A stretch of 64,000 nucleotides of DNA from Selaginella moellendorffii (lineage: Eukaryota > Plantae > Lycopodiophyta): positions 558,001-622,000 of the forward strand of contig NW_003314326.1 in the NCBI RefSeq assembly GCF_000143415.4, written 5' to 3'. Positions within the stretch are counted from its first letter, which is position 1. Each line of letters begins with the position of its first letter. Below the pieces are notes generated by a model. That model ran no database searches. It was not told where the DNA came from and was given only the letters and a program-made list of their open reading frames with translations. This document shows positions 34,163 to 46,662 of this stretch, piece after piece. The position numbers and the translations under genes are program-made.

Positions 34163-34645
34163 TTTTTATTTTATGTCTTTTAAAATATATTTTTGTCCTC
34201 TCGTATCACATAACAAGATAACTATACATTGTATTAAAAGGTGCAATTGGAAAAACTTGAAATCTTTAGGATGGTAAAATAAAAAAATACAATAAAATTC
34301 ATCTTAAAAAAACGTGCGAGAGGCTCCCACAAAGTCCCGATATAACTCACAATGGGCTGACCCTTTATTGATTGCTTTACTATTTAGATTGAAATTTTTT
34401 TTTAGATATCTCTGAAAACTTCTTAATATATTTTATTTTCTTTATTATTTAAACTCATTATATATTACTAAAATACCATTATTTAGTAAAATAACTAAGC
34501 AATGTCCATAACAATCATTATTATTGATGTCCACAATAAATTTTATCTAACTTTAAATAAACATCTAAATTTTAAACATAGTTTTTTTATTATTTACATA
34601 ATAATATAAAAGAAATATGACATTAAATATATCCAACAAAATGTA
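32499..34645. repeat. AT-rich repeat, copy A (copy B is 35800-36888 plus 41914-42364)
   Basis: Starts TGTGGACGCATTAGTACCAAAGATTTGGAGCA in both places and is colinear to ...CAACAAAATGTAA. Copy A has an extra 33170-33718 insert; copy B carries the Gypsy element. Confidence 0.9.
33268..33718. repeat. Two tandem ~239-bp GC-rich direct repeats inside an insertion in repeat copy A
   Basis: GGATAGTGGGGGATG...CTCCACACCCCCA.CTGGACTTCCA.TGCATGTG...GGCTCCATCTCA occurs twice, 239 bp apart, and is absent from copy B. Confidence 0.85.
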
Positions 34646-35158
34646 ATCATGTGATTGTAAAGAAATAATTCTTATTCCTTTGAAATAATTTAAATTTATT
34701 AAACTATCAACATGATAAATTTACCATAAATATCTTATACTACTATTAGCATTAGCATAAGCTAGTAAAATCAACTAAACATTGTTTCCAAAAGAAACCG
34801 TATAGCATTTTGATCAAGTAATTATATTTTTTTAGACCTTTTATCATTAACTCATTTTAAACCAGATACCTAAGGGATTTAGAGTGCTTGAAACTAATAT
34901 TCTAGAGCATATGGAGCACAGATTCGAAAGGAACTTACCTTAGGAACTTATACCTTGGGTAAATGGCTCAAAACAATCCAAACTATTTAACAGATTTTGT
35001 ACATTGAACAATGCTTTATGTCAAAATTTAATAGATACTAACTGGGAAATATCCCTGTATATCGCAGCCATTTGTACCAAACAAATCCTTGTTTTTCCCT
35101 TCCTAAGCGAGCGAGCGAGCGAGCAAGAACGATCGAGAAGTCGACCGAGAAACCGAGA

Positions 35159-35794
35159 TCATACGCATCTGTGAAACTGGTGGCCACCGACGAATCCGCC
35201 TTGCATCGATCTCCTCACGTTAGTTTCAAACTGTTTGGGGTTTGTTCTAAGCACCTCAGCGGCTTCCTGATTCAAAGGATCTTCCGGGTTTGGATCCTAC
35301 GAGCAGACAAACTAAATTGGTATCTTAAGTAGAGAAAACATGGATACTTACCAAGAAGAGGTACTGCAGGCCGTAGATGATCGAGTTTATGCTCAAGACT
35401 GGCTTCCAGTCCTCTCGGAGAATGTTGAGACAAACATTTCCTTCGAGGTCGATGTTGGGGTGATAGATCTGCTCAAAACTTCGTGTGAGCAAAGAAAAGA
35501 ATGTAAAGAGGAGAGAAGACTTACTTTGGTCTTGCATTTTACTTTGGGAGCTTCGTGAGGATAGATTCCCGAGACCTGGAACGTGAAAACAAACAAACCT
35601 CCGCTGGAACAATCCAATCGATCAATCGATAGCAACACTCACACGAAAAGAACTTACTGGTAGTAGCCTTCGTCCGGTCCGATGGTTATCTCGAAGTTGA
35701 GGAGATCATCCTTCCCGTTGGGGAATCTGATGGACGTAGATTTCGCCAAGTTGAGCTCACTGATATCTAGACAAAGAAAAGAAGACCAAGTTCT
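35159..35794 (-). pseudogene. 5'-truncated duplicate of RCE1/UBC12 (exons 2-5 with introns)
   Basis: 34834-35794 is near-identical to 47558-48566 and breaks off inside intron 1 at the junction with repeat copy B; exon 1 and the ATG are missing. Confidence 0.92.
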
Positions 35795-36862
35795 GGACAT
35801 GTGGACGCATTAGTACCAAAGATTTGGAGCAAGAGCACTTTCATTTTATTAATGAAAGAAAATGGACCTGCACTTCCCATATCCAAACTATTTTGTCTCG
35901 ACCACAAGTTATGAACAGCAGGAGCGCTCCATGCAATGCAATCCATTTTCATGCCCCTGAACCAGGATGCCATTAAGTTGAAAAAAAACAGTGTAGCATT
36001 GTAACACACTCTACCACTGGCATGGTCTATTAGCATTAGGTACTGTGCCAATATGTTGACAATATTAAAGTACTCTCTGAATTGGAATTGTGTTGATAGA
36101 AAGTATATTCAACCCAAATGTGGCACTCATTTGTTCCAGATGCTATTTCAAAAGGATGGGATTTATTTTTAAATTCATATAGAATATTAGAATATTAGAA
36201 TATTTTAAATTCATACTACATACTATTATTATAGTCTTCAGAACTTAGAGCTTATTTTAATTTCTTGCTGTAAATTATTTTTAATTTATACTACGTGGCT
36301 TTTTATATCTTATATTTATTAGAAAAAATATTAAATTTAAAACTAGATTTTTTTTTATAATTGATGAGCTCAACTTAAATTTGGATTATTCTTTTTGTGA
36401 TTACTAGAGCATGAGTATTTTTTAAAAAATATGTCCATCATTCTATTCCATTTCTTAATTTTCTTTTTTAAAACAATGTTATACTGACTTGAAAAAAAAT
36501 CTATTAAAAATGAAAGATGATTAAATTTCAATTCATCTATAACTTACGCATATGATTATACATTTTTACATTTTAAAGACACTATGGATAAAAAAAATGT
36601 ACTTAATGTACCTTATAATAATTTATTTCCTCTTTATTTAGTTTATTTTTGGCTATAATGGATTTTCAATTATAACCAACCAAGATTTTATTTACTTTCT
36701 CATACATTTATTAAATGGTTACTCAATTTATATAAGAATGTTGTGAAGGCTACAAAAAATCAACATAATTTAAAATAATTTTTAAAATAAATATATAAAT
36801 ATTTTAAAATTAATAACTTAACAACTCTTTAAACCCTTGAAGAGCTTTATCCTTTAAAATGT

Positions 36863-36863
36863 A

Positions 36864-36922
<59 letters not shown>
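36863..36922. repeat. (TA)n-(TG)17 compound microsatellite abutting the 5' LTR
   Basis: Read directly from the sequence. Confidence 0.95.
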
Positions 36923-36929
<7 letters not shown>

Positions 36930-39900
36930 GCGAAGTGTACGGCTACGATGCCGTATACTAATATTAGCGTAGTGGATTTTGGTAGCTGTCGGATTGGTTT
37001 CAATCCGGACCACTCGCTCCTGTATATAAGCTAGGGTTTTTGGGCTAATTAATATGCACATTTCTATATTCCCTTTCCATATTCCATGCACTCACATTGG
37101 TGGAGGTGAGGGGCACCTTTGATTGTCCCTGGGGAGTGCTTGGATTTGGGATTTGCATTGTCTAGATCTAGCTTTTTCCATTTCCTTTCTTTTGTTCTTT
37201 CCTTTCAGGATTTTGGTTTAGATCTAGCTTTTTGCATTGTCTAGATCTACCATTTCTTTCTAGCTTTTTGTCATTTCTCTTCTTTTGCTCTTTCTTTTTC
37301 ATTCATTTTCATGGCTAATCCGCAATCTCCTCCTTTGACTCTAGAGCAGCAGTTGGTTCAATTGCTTGATGCTATGCGCTTGCAATTGAACAACCAAACT
37401 CAGTTGATGGCGGCGTTCACAGCACATGGTACAACTCCTCCTGCTTTTGGTGCCAATCCTCACGTTCGGCCGGAGTTCTTTCGTGGGAATCCTGGGGATG
37501 ATGTGTACCATTGGTTCGATCACTTCACGGTGATTGCCACATATCATTCTTGGGATGATGCTCGACGTTTGCGTGAGTTCCCCACATGTCTCCAAGGGAC
37601 GGCATTGCAGTGGTATAATGGATTGAGTGCAGCTACTCGTGGCGATTGGAGTGTTCTTCCGGACGTCTTCAAATGCGCCTTCGGACACGCCGACGATTGT
37701 GATGATGCCTTCCAACAATTGCATCGTCTTCGCCAAGGGCCATCTGAGTCGGTGATGCAATTTGGCGTTCGTTTCCGAAGTCTTTTGCTTCGTGCGGAGC
37801 CAAATATGTCGAAGCAGATCAAGCTAGGAATGCTGTGGCCAGCACTTCATCAAGATCTTGTCGGACTTGTGCATGCACTTGCTCCTGCCACTCTTGACGA
37901 TGCTCTTCGCTTGGCCCAACGTTATGAGACGTCGCCTCTTCCACTTCTTGCTACACGTCCTTCAGCTCCACTTCCTATGAGTGATGGTCCTGTTCCCATG
38001 GAGGTTGATGCTGCTGCTACTCGAGTCCAAGGATAAGGGCGAGGACGTGGTCGTGGCCGTGACGTTCGTTGCTGGGCGTGTGATGAAGTTGGTCATACTT
38101 ATCGGCGTTGTCAGCGCTTTCCAGATTGGCAACCTCCATTTCCTGGGTGGAGACCTTGGCGTCAGCAACGTCCCGTTGGTGCTGCTGCGGTGGAAGGTTT
38201 GGATACCGAGGTGCATTCGGGAAATGAGGAGTCGCGCGAGTAATGGAGGGACCTTGCGCGAATAAGTTAGTGACCCCTCCATCTTTCTTTCGGGAGTATC
38301 ATCAAGGGGTTCACTCGGCACCGGTTCATCCAGTGTTTACTTTCCAAGCTCGTTTTTATAACAAGAGGTCTCCTATTCCTCTCTCTGTGTTGGTTGATAC
38401 AGGTTCGAGTTTATCTTCTATTGCTCGACCTGTTGCCACACGTTGTCGTCTACACTTGTGTCGTGCGGCGGATCCAGTTTTCATTCTTTATGGCAACGGC
38501 CGTACACATGCATGTGCACGAGATGAGGCGGACCTAGTTGTGCGCGTGGGCGATTTCGAGCTTGAGTTGCAGTCGTTGCGGGTGGTGCCGAGTCAAGCTT
38601 TTGACCTCATTCTTGGTATGGATTGGTTGCAGCACAATCATGCCAAGTGTGACTTTGAGGCTTCTCCCCCTTGTCTTATACTTCCTTATGTTTCATCCAT
38701 TCCTCTCACTTCTGTACCTCTTCGTCCCTCTACTTTTACCTCTACTTCCATTACTTTTGTTCCCCCATTATTTCCTCTTGTGTTTCCATCTTGTTCTGCT
38801 CTTCCCTTTTCCGATCCCTCCGATGATCTTTGTGTTGCAGCTGTTGACCAGCTCATGAAGGAGTATTCTGATCTCTTTGAATTTGACCTATCGTCTGGGG
38901 CCAAGATTGCCACACGTCATCCCATTCCAACTGGGGATGCTCGTCCAATCAAGGTTCCTGTTCGTCGTCGGTCACCCAAGGAGATCAAGATTTTACGTGC
39001 AAACGTCAAGGAGATGTTGGAGAAGGGTGTTATTCGGAAGTCGCGGAGTCCTTGGGCATGTGAACCTCATCTTGTGACGAAGCCTGATGGGAGTATTCGT
39101 TTCTGCATCGACTATCGTCTGTTAAATGAAGTGACGATCCCGGACGTGTACCCTCTTCCTCACACTGCTGATCTCTTGGATCGTCTGGGGCGAAGTCGTT
39201 GGTTCACCAAGCTAGATCTTGCTTCTGGGTATTGGCAAGTACCGATGGCTGAAGAAGATATTCCTAAGACTGCTTTTCGTACACCATTTGGTTTGTACGA
39301 GTTTTTGGTGATGCCGTTTGGATTGAACAATGCTCCAGCAACTTTTCAGCGGATGATGGACGAGGTTCTTTGCGATATGCCGGAGATGACGGCTGACTTC
39401 ATTGATGATGTCTTGATCCACTCGGAGGGGACGTGGGGGGAGCATGTTCGTGATGTTTGTAAAGTGTTGGATCGGCTACGCGACGTTGGTTTAAAGCTGA
39501 AGCGGTCGAAGTGTGTGTTTGGGTCCAAGGACACAACTTATCTTGGGTACCGTATTTCTCGTGAGGGTTTGCAAGTTGATCCTGACAAACTTGTGGCTGT
39601 TCTAAAGTTCCCTACTCCGAAGTGTGTGAATGATGTGCAGCGCTTTTAGGGTAAGGTGCAGTATCTCGGTTGTTTTGTGGATCATCTTTCCGATCGCACT
39701 ATACCATTGCGAGCGTTGCTGAAGTCATCAACGTCATCTTTCATCTGGTCTCCCCATTGTGAGCGGACGTTCGTGAATCTCAAAGAGCTATTGACGACTC
39801 CTCCGGTTTTGGCATATCTTGACTACACTCGACCTTTTATTTTGTGCGTGGATGCTTCTGACATTGGTCTTGGAGGTGTGTTGATGCAAGAGAGCTCCAG

Positions 39901-41913
39901 TGTGCCTGGTCAGCGCCATCCCATTGCATACATAAGCCGTACATTACAACCAGCGGAGATGAACTACTCCACAACGGAGAAGGAGTGTTTAGCAGCAGTC
40001 TGGGGTTTCGAGAAACTTCATGCATATCTACATGATTCTCGGACGTTACTTGAAGGTGACCATGCTGCTGTTACTTCATTATTGAAGCGGAAGAACCTGG
40101 TTGGTCGTACGGCTCGATGGGCTTTGAAGCTTCAGATATATGATTTTGATGTTATTCATCGCCCAGGGAGTTCTATGGCTGATGCTGATGCCCTTTCTCG
40201 AGCTCCTCTTCCTTCTCCACTCACTTCTCATGTTTCTGACGAACCTGTTGTTCCAGCATCTGTGGATTTTCTAGATGAGGATTCTGTGCCGTCGGCGGTT
40301 GCTGTCCTTGACGTTCAGTGTCCACAGGGCGTAGAGCAAGATCTACCTTCTCTGGATGAGGTTCGCGAGGCTCAAAAGATTGAGCCGTGGATTCGAAGGC
40401 TTCGAGATGGGTTTGAGAATCCTGCATCACTTGCTGATGACTTGCCTTTTCGGCATTTACATTCTCAATATCGCCTTGAAGATGGCCTTCTTTATTTTGT
40501 GGGGACGGATCCTGATGATCATTTACGGTTGGTGGTGCCTTCGGTGTTTATTCCGCGGTTTCTCCATGCCTACCATGATTCTCCTATTCTAGGTGGGCAT
40601 ATGGGACACCGTCGTGTCACCGAGAAGCTGCGCAGATCTTTCTATTGGCCAGAGATGCGACATGATATTATCCGGTATGTGCGTAGCTGCGTTTGGTGCC
40701 AAGCTCGTAATACTCCCCCTTGTGCTGCGGAAGGACGGTTGGAGTCAATTGCAATTTCTCGTCCGTTTGAGTTGGTGGCGTTTGATCTTATGGGACCTTT
40801 TCCGCGATCGACTGCTGGCAATGAGTATGTTATTATTGCTTCTGACTACTTGACTCGTTGGGTGGAAGTTGGTGCTCTTGCTAGTGCCTCTGCAACTGCT
40901 GTTGGATACTTCCTCCTCAATCGAGTTGTGTTCCAGCATTCTTGTCCAGAGCGGATTCTTTCGGATAATGGTCCTGCATTTATGGCTGAGGTATTTCATG
41001 TTTTGACATCTCGGTTGGGGATACGCCACACTTTTACGAGTGCTTATCATCCACAATCAGACGGTCTGGTGGAACGGCTCGTTCGGACATTCAAAGGGAT
41101 GATTGCGAAGTATGTGAACTTTCAACATTTGGATTGGGATGGTTATTTGCCGTCTCTTCGGTATGCTTATGTCACAGGGGTGCAGAGTTCTGTTGGTGCT
41201 TCACCATATAAACTTCTATATGGTCATGATCCAATATTACCAACAGAGCTGGGTTTACCTTCGCGATTGCCATGAGCTCCTGATGCTAGGTCATGGGATC
41301 AATATTTGACAAGCATTCTTCCACTTATCCGAGCAGAGTCTGCTGAACACTTAGGCCGCGTACAAATGGGACAACAACGGCGCTACAATTCCCATCATCG
41401 TCCACCTGCGGAGTACAAAGTGGATGATTTGGTGTTAGTCCGTTTTCCCCATCTTACGGTACGTGGTTTATCTAAGGGGCTCCTTGCGCAGTGGAAAGGT
41501 CCGTATCGGGTGTTGCGGCAAGTTGGACCACAAGTTTATGAGGTTCGGCATGACGTTCAACAGGCCGATCCTCCGGAGATTGTGCATGTGCAGCGGTTAA
41601 AACGCTTCATACAAAGGGATCAGGAGCAGTTAATACCATCTACAGATCCACCGATGCCTCCTCCTGACGTTCCTCCAGATCCCGGCCCATCTACAAGAGA
41701 ACCCTGACGGCCTTCCATTATTCCAAGAGGAGGGGATGATGTGAGGGCCAAGTGTACGGCTACGATGCCGTATACTAATATTAGCGTAGTGGATTTTGGT
41801 AGCCGTCGGATTGGTTTCAATCCAGACCACTCACTCCTGTATATAAGCTAGGGTTTTTGGGCTAATTGATATGCACATTTCTGTATTCCCTTTCCATATT
41901 CCATGCACTCACA
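36923..41913 (+). mobile_element. Full-length (~4.99 kb) Ty3/Gypsy LTR retrotransposon, no chromodomain, inactivated
   Basis: 174-bp LTRs at 36923-37096 and 41740-41913 (TG..CA, 6 mismatches); PBS TGGTGGAGGTG at 37098; PPT AGAGGAGGGGA at 41726-41736. Domains: gag with CCHC, protease LVDTG, RT FIDD, RNase H DAS, integrase HHCC/DDE and GPY. Stops/frameshifts at about 38034, 38225, 39647 and 41273. Confidence 0.97.
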
Positions 41914-42364
41914 TATATAATTTTTATTTTATTTCTTTTAAAAGATATTTTTGTTTTCTCATATATCATATAACAAGATAACAAAGCTTATATCGCATTA
42001 AAAGATGCAGTTAGGAAAACTTAGAATCTCTAGGATGGTAAAAGAGAAGAATAAAGGATGTTTATTGAAAAAGAAATAATAAAGTTCATCTTGAAAAAAT
42101 GAGGTACATATTACTATTTAGATTGAAAAAATTTAGATATCTATGAAAACTTCTTAATATATTTTATTTTCTTTATTATTTAAACTCATTATATATTACT
42201 AAAATAGCATTATTTAGTAAAATAACTAAGCAATGTCCATAGCAATCATTATTATTGATGTCCATAATAAATTTTATCAAACTTTAAATAAACATCTAAA
42301 TTTTCTGTTATTTACATAATAATATAAAAACAATGTGACATTAAATATACCCAACAAAATGTAA

Positions 42365-43545
42365 AGCATGTACTGAGTAGGACAATACACAAGCTCGACA
42401 ATTCCATCTTCATACTGGTCTCGAAGAAAATGGTGTCGTTCTTGAATTGATCTTGCAATTCTTGCTTAAGGCAATGCAGCCCTGATTGCCACAATAGATC
42501 GCTATTGAACCTGGAAGAGAGTGTTCCATGTCTATTAGAAGACGGCAAAGCCAGATGGCCTCCTTGCAAGCAAGTGGCCATATACCCAACTTCGCAGCTA
42601 GAGCAGGCCACAACACTCTGTTTCTTGCTGCTCCAAGAAAGAGCTGCTTGATGCAAGCTAAAAAAAATAGCCTGTGTGTGATCTTTGTGAATCTGGGCAG
42701 CCAGCCCAGTCCAAATCACAGTAACCCTGTACGGTTGTGACTTTTGGTGTGTAAAGTAAGCCAAAAGAAGTAGTACCGAAAAATTCTTTTACTGCTTGCC
42801 AATGTGCAGGGCCTGGATTGTCGAGAAACCTGCTTACCATGTTCACTGAGAAGGCAATGTCTGGTCGTGTGAACACCACTAGGTACATTAAGCTTCCCAC
42901 AGCACTTTGGTAAGGAACGTTCGCCATTTTCCTCCTATCCGAGTCTGTAGAAGGAGACGTATCCTTGGAAAGTCTTAAGCCAGCAACCATTGGCGTGTGT
43001 GCAAGCGCACAAGAGTCCATGGCGAATTGTTACAGGACATCTTCCACATGTTTGGTTTGATGCAGAAAGAGGGAGCCATCTTGTCTGCAATCAATTTGGA
43101 TGCCAAGGCAGTAGCGAGCTTCACCAAGGTCTTTCATCTCAAAATGAGAGGAGAAAGCCACCTTGATTTTAGCTAGGAAAGCAAGGCTGTTGCAAACGAG
43201 TAGGGTGTCGTCTATGTACACAGCGATGTAAATCACTTCATCTCCCACTCGTTTAAAGTAGAGATTCAGATCGTTCTTGCTCTGGAAAAGTGAGATTTCA
43301 CAAGAAAATCATCAAGCTTTTTGTACCATTAGCGAGAATTGTGCGCAGCTGCTAAAGCAAGCAAGGTGCAAATGGTAGTCAGCTTGACCACCGGGGCAAA
43401 CATCTCAGTGTAATCCACACCAGCCACTTGAGAGTAGCCTTGAGTTCTTTCCACCAAGGAGAAGGTGTTGTTCTTGAGAAAGGAGTTAAACTTATACTCC
43501 TCATCAAAGGCTGCAACCCATTTGTCTCTGTCATCGTCTTGTTCC
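42365..43545 (-). mobile_element. Decayed Ty1/Copia RT-RNase H fragment
   Basis: WVAAFDEEY..LKNNTFSLV, GVDYTEMFAPVVK, YIAVYIDD, FEMKDLGEARYCLGIQI, YQSAVGSLMYL, GYCDLDWAG and LSWSSKKQSVVA, spread across broken frames. Confidence 0.9.
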
Positions 43546-43578
43546 CAGGATTCCCAGCAAATTCGTGGATTCTCAGCC

Positions 43579-44975
43579 ATGGGCGGTGTGACATCCACAG
43601 TTGCACCTAGGTTTGCCTTCTTCCCCGGACGCCGCCGTCGTACGCGGTGATCCGGGACCAGATCACTGGCCGCTTGGTCCTCGGATGTTCTCAACCGGGA
43701 TCACGTCGATGTGGTGAGCATGAAGACGAAGCGAGGGCAAGACATTGTGGGGATCTACGTCCACTATTCCGCCGCGCGCCTCACGCTGCTCTACTCGCAT
43801 GGGAATGCCGCGGATTTGGGACAAATGTATGAGTTCCTGGTGGAGCTCAGCGTCCATCTCCGGGTGAACGTCATGGGGTAAGCCAAAAATCTCGATTTTT
43901 GGATGGGAATTCCTCTTCTTCCACTGATCTGTCCTTGGAGATTTTTTATTTATTTTTTTTCCTTCTCTTTGTTTCGTTGGAGTTCTTTTGAGTTCTTTCT
44001 CACTGCCGTTCTTTCGCTGTTCTTCCATTGTTTCATTGATTATTGTCTTTGTTGTATCGGTTTTTTCCCAAGTTTCTATCATTGACTGGTTTCGTTTTCG
44101 TATTTTTTGAATTTTTTTCTTCCTCGCGCAGATACGATTATTCGGGCTACGGAACATCTAACGATAGAATTCTCTCCTCTTATAACTATTTGCCTGGCAT
44201 TTTCTGTGTAGATAGAAAGAATATATTCTCTTTTATACTGTCTCTTTTAGCTACAGGAATTTTGCAGTTTTTCATTGTTCTTGTACTTGGCCATGAACTC
44301 TGGTTAAGTTTTTCACTTTGGACTGTCCATCTTTTTCCAGCCGAGTGAAGCAAACACGTACGCGAACGTGGAAGCTGCCTATCAGTGCTTGGAGCGAGAC
44401 TATGGCGTGAGACAAGAGGATGTGGTGCTCTATGGACAGTCCGTGGGAAGTGGCCCGACAGTGGACCTGGCGGCCAGGCTCCCGAAAGTTCGAGGCGTTG
44501 TTCTTCACAGTCCAATCCTTTCCGGCTTGCGTGTTATGTACCCCGTCAAGAGAACATACTGGTTATGAGAAGAGAGTTCTTTGATTTGATTTTCCTACCT
44601 TCGGTTCCTTGCAGAACATTGAAAAGATAAGACGCGTGAATTGTCCCGTGCTCGTCATTCACGTAAGTTTCTTCTTCATTCTTTCTTCTTTTCCCCACTT
44701 GGTTCTAGTTGTAGGTGAGGAATCTGATCTTTATTTTCACAGGATACCAGCGACAAAGTTGTGGATTGCTCGCGTGGCAGCTGTGGGATCTTTGCAAGGA
44801 AAAGTACGAGCCACTGTGGCTCAAAGGAGGGGGTCACTGCAACTTGGAGCTTTATCCAGAGTATATCAGAAGTTTATCATGTCTCTTTAGAAATCCGGTG
44901 GCCCAAGGAATGGGGAAGGGATCGAAAGGACCCGGTCTTACTAACGAGAAAGAAAAAACGCTTGTAGTTTTATGA
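43579..44975 (+). pseudogene. ABHD17-type alpha/beta hydrolase (protein depalmitoylase-like), frameshifted
   Basis: MGGVTSTVAPRFAFFP, LLYSHGNAADLGQMY, YDYSGYG, LYGQSVGSGPT, VVLHSPILSG, CPVLVIH and [20 protein letters not shown]; frameshifts near 43627, 43680 and 44775. Confidence 0.85.
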
Positions 44976-45601
44976 AACAGTTCTTACAGGTAGACCATCG
45001 CTTATTACAAGAGCTTTTTACAACTTCAAAGAAATTTTATATCTTGTTATGAGAAGAGCCACGAAGCGTCGAGACGAAGATAGAGCCGAGCCGCATGACC
45101 GTCATTGGGACCTCATCCAAAGACGACGTGATTGGCCGGGGTTCCAGAAGTGTTGATGGTAGCGAGACGAGCTTTAAAGGATATAGTGGATCCTGGGGAT
45201 ATTCATTCATTCATTCATTAGCTGTTTACAGGGTCTCGTGAGTAGAGTCAGCTGTTTTGACAATCTCGTGAGCCGTTCATTTGCTGAATTCCTCCCAGAT
45301 ATAATCCCAGACGCGTAAAGTAACAGTGAAACATTGGAAGTACCAACCTTTTGGTGTTTCAAGAGCTATTCCAGAGATGAGCATTGTTGTCCAAGTTCTT
45401 ATTCTCGTTCATATCTATGTTTAATTTACACCACTCGCTCTCCAACAAAATGCCCATTGTATGCATCGCCAAAACACGTCTGAACTAATAAATAGTTTTA
45501 GTATTTCGTCCTTAAGTGCATTCCGGATCTAACAAAGATCAAAGATATCACTTAAAACTAACGTGAGAACACCACGTAGACCATCTTGGAGCAATTTCAC
45601 A

Positions 45602-46255
45602 ATGCATAAGCTTGTGTGTGCCTTGTTGGTGCTTGTAATTAACACATTCCTACTTGTGGTAAGCTCACAATTCTTCTGCGACCAAAGAACTTGATTTGGC
45701 TTCTTGTAGAGTTCTGATTCATCATGTGGAGGCTTTTTGAAAACCTGTACACCCATCTCTTATAGGAAAAATGTGCTGAAAGCAAGTTGCCAAATGGTCA
45801 ATGGCTCTAAGCACGAGTCAAGTTTGAGCACAAACGAGTGCCGTGGAGTGGTCAATTGTAGGCTCCAGCAGCCTGGATCAAGCCAATCAGCTCCAACCTT
45901 CTATTGCACCGGTAACGGCGCCATCGTCAATATGGAGGAATATGCGGGCAACAACGACGGAAACATGGGGTGTTGCAGGAAAAGTACTCAGTCTGGCACC
46001 TGCGGTGGATTTCTCGACAGTTGCACTCCTGCTTGGTATGAACTGGACACCGGGCTGCTGAAGTATCGGTGCTTGAAAGTGGACACTACATTGAATGACG
46101 ATGCTTACCTGGATGTTAAGACGTGTACCTCAGATCCCAATGCCAGCTGCTATTTTGCGGAAGGCGAGCTGAAGTGCAACTATAGCACCGGAGAGGCCGT
46201 GCAATTCACCACTCTGGCAACCAACAATGATGGAAATATAACATGTTGCACTTAG
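45602..46255 (+). CDS. Secreted cysteine-rich cyanovirin-N homolog (CVNH)-like lectin; 2 exons, 200 aa
   Basis: Signal-peptide exon 45602-45658 (MHKLVCALLVLVINTFLLV), phase-0 intron, exon 45710-46255. Two internal repeats, CGGFLKTC...LKASC...GNNDGNMGCC and CGGFLDSC...LKYRC...TNNDGNITCC, resemble CVNH half-domains. Confidence 0.68.
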
Positions 46256-46287
46256 TACCAGTTTAAGCAGAAGGAAGATAATAAAGA

Positions 46288-46662
46288 CATTCAGTACAAT
46301 AAAGGTCTTTGGAAAAGCTTGTTGATCTCGAGACTTTGGACATACGCTCCTAGAGCAGGAGCTTGAGAAAGCTTGTAAACGTTTTAATTCCCATTTGGAT
46401 TTTATGGCGTCTCAATTTAGATAGAGCCAAGCATTCAGTACAATAAAGGTCTTTGATCTCTAGAGCTATTCTTGGCTTTTACATAAAATACACATTTCAT
46501 ACTGCTATGAGACATCACAACTGTTGTGATGGCAGACTAGAAGCACCTTGTCTTTTCATCACTTTGGACATATGCTCCGAGAGCAGAAGCTCGAGAAAGC
46601 TTGTAAACGTTTTAATTCCCATTTGGATTTTATGGCGTCTCAATTTAGATAGAGCCAAGCAT
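46288..46662. repeat. Local direct repeats 3' of the CVNH-like gene
   Basis: 46332-46433 approximately equals 46561-46662; CATTCAGTACAATAAAGGTCTTTG occurs at 46288 and 46432. Confidence 0.8.
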
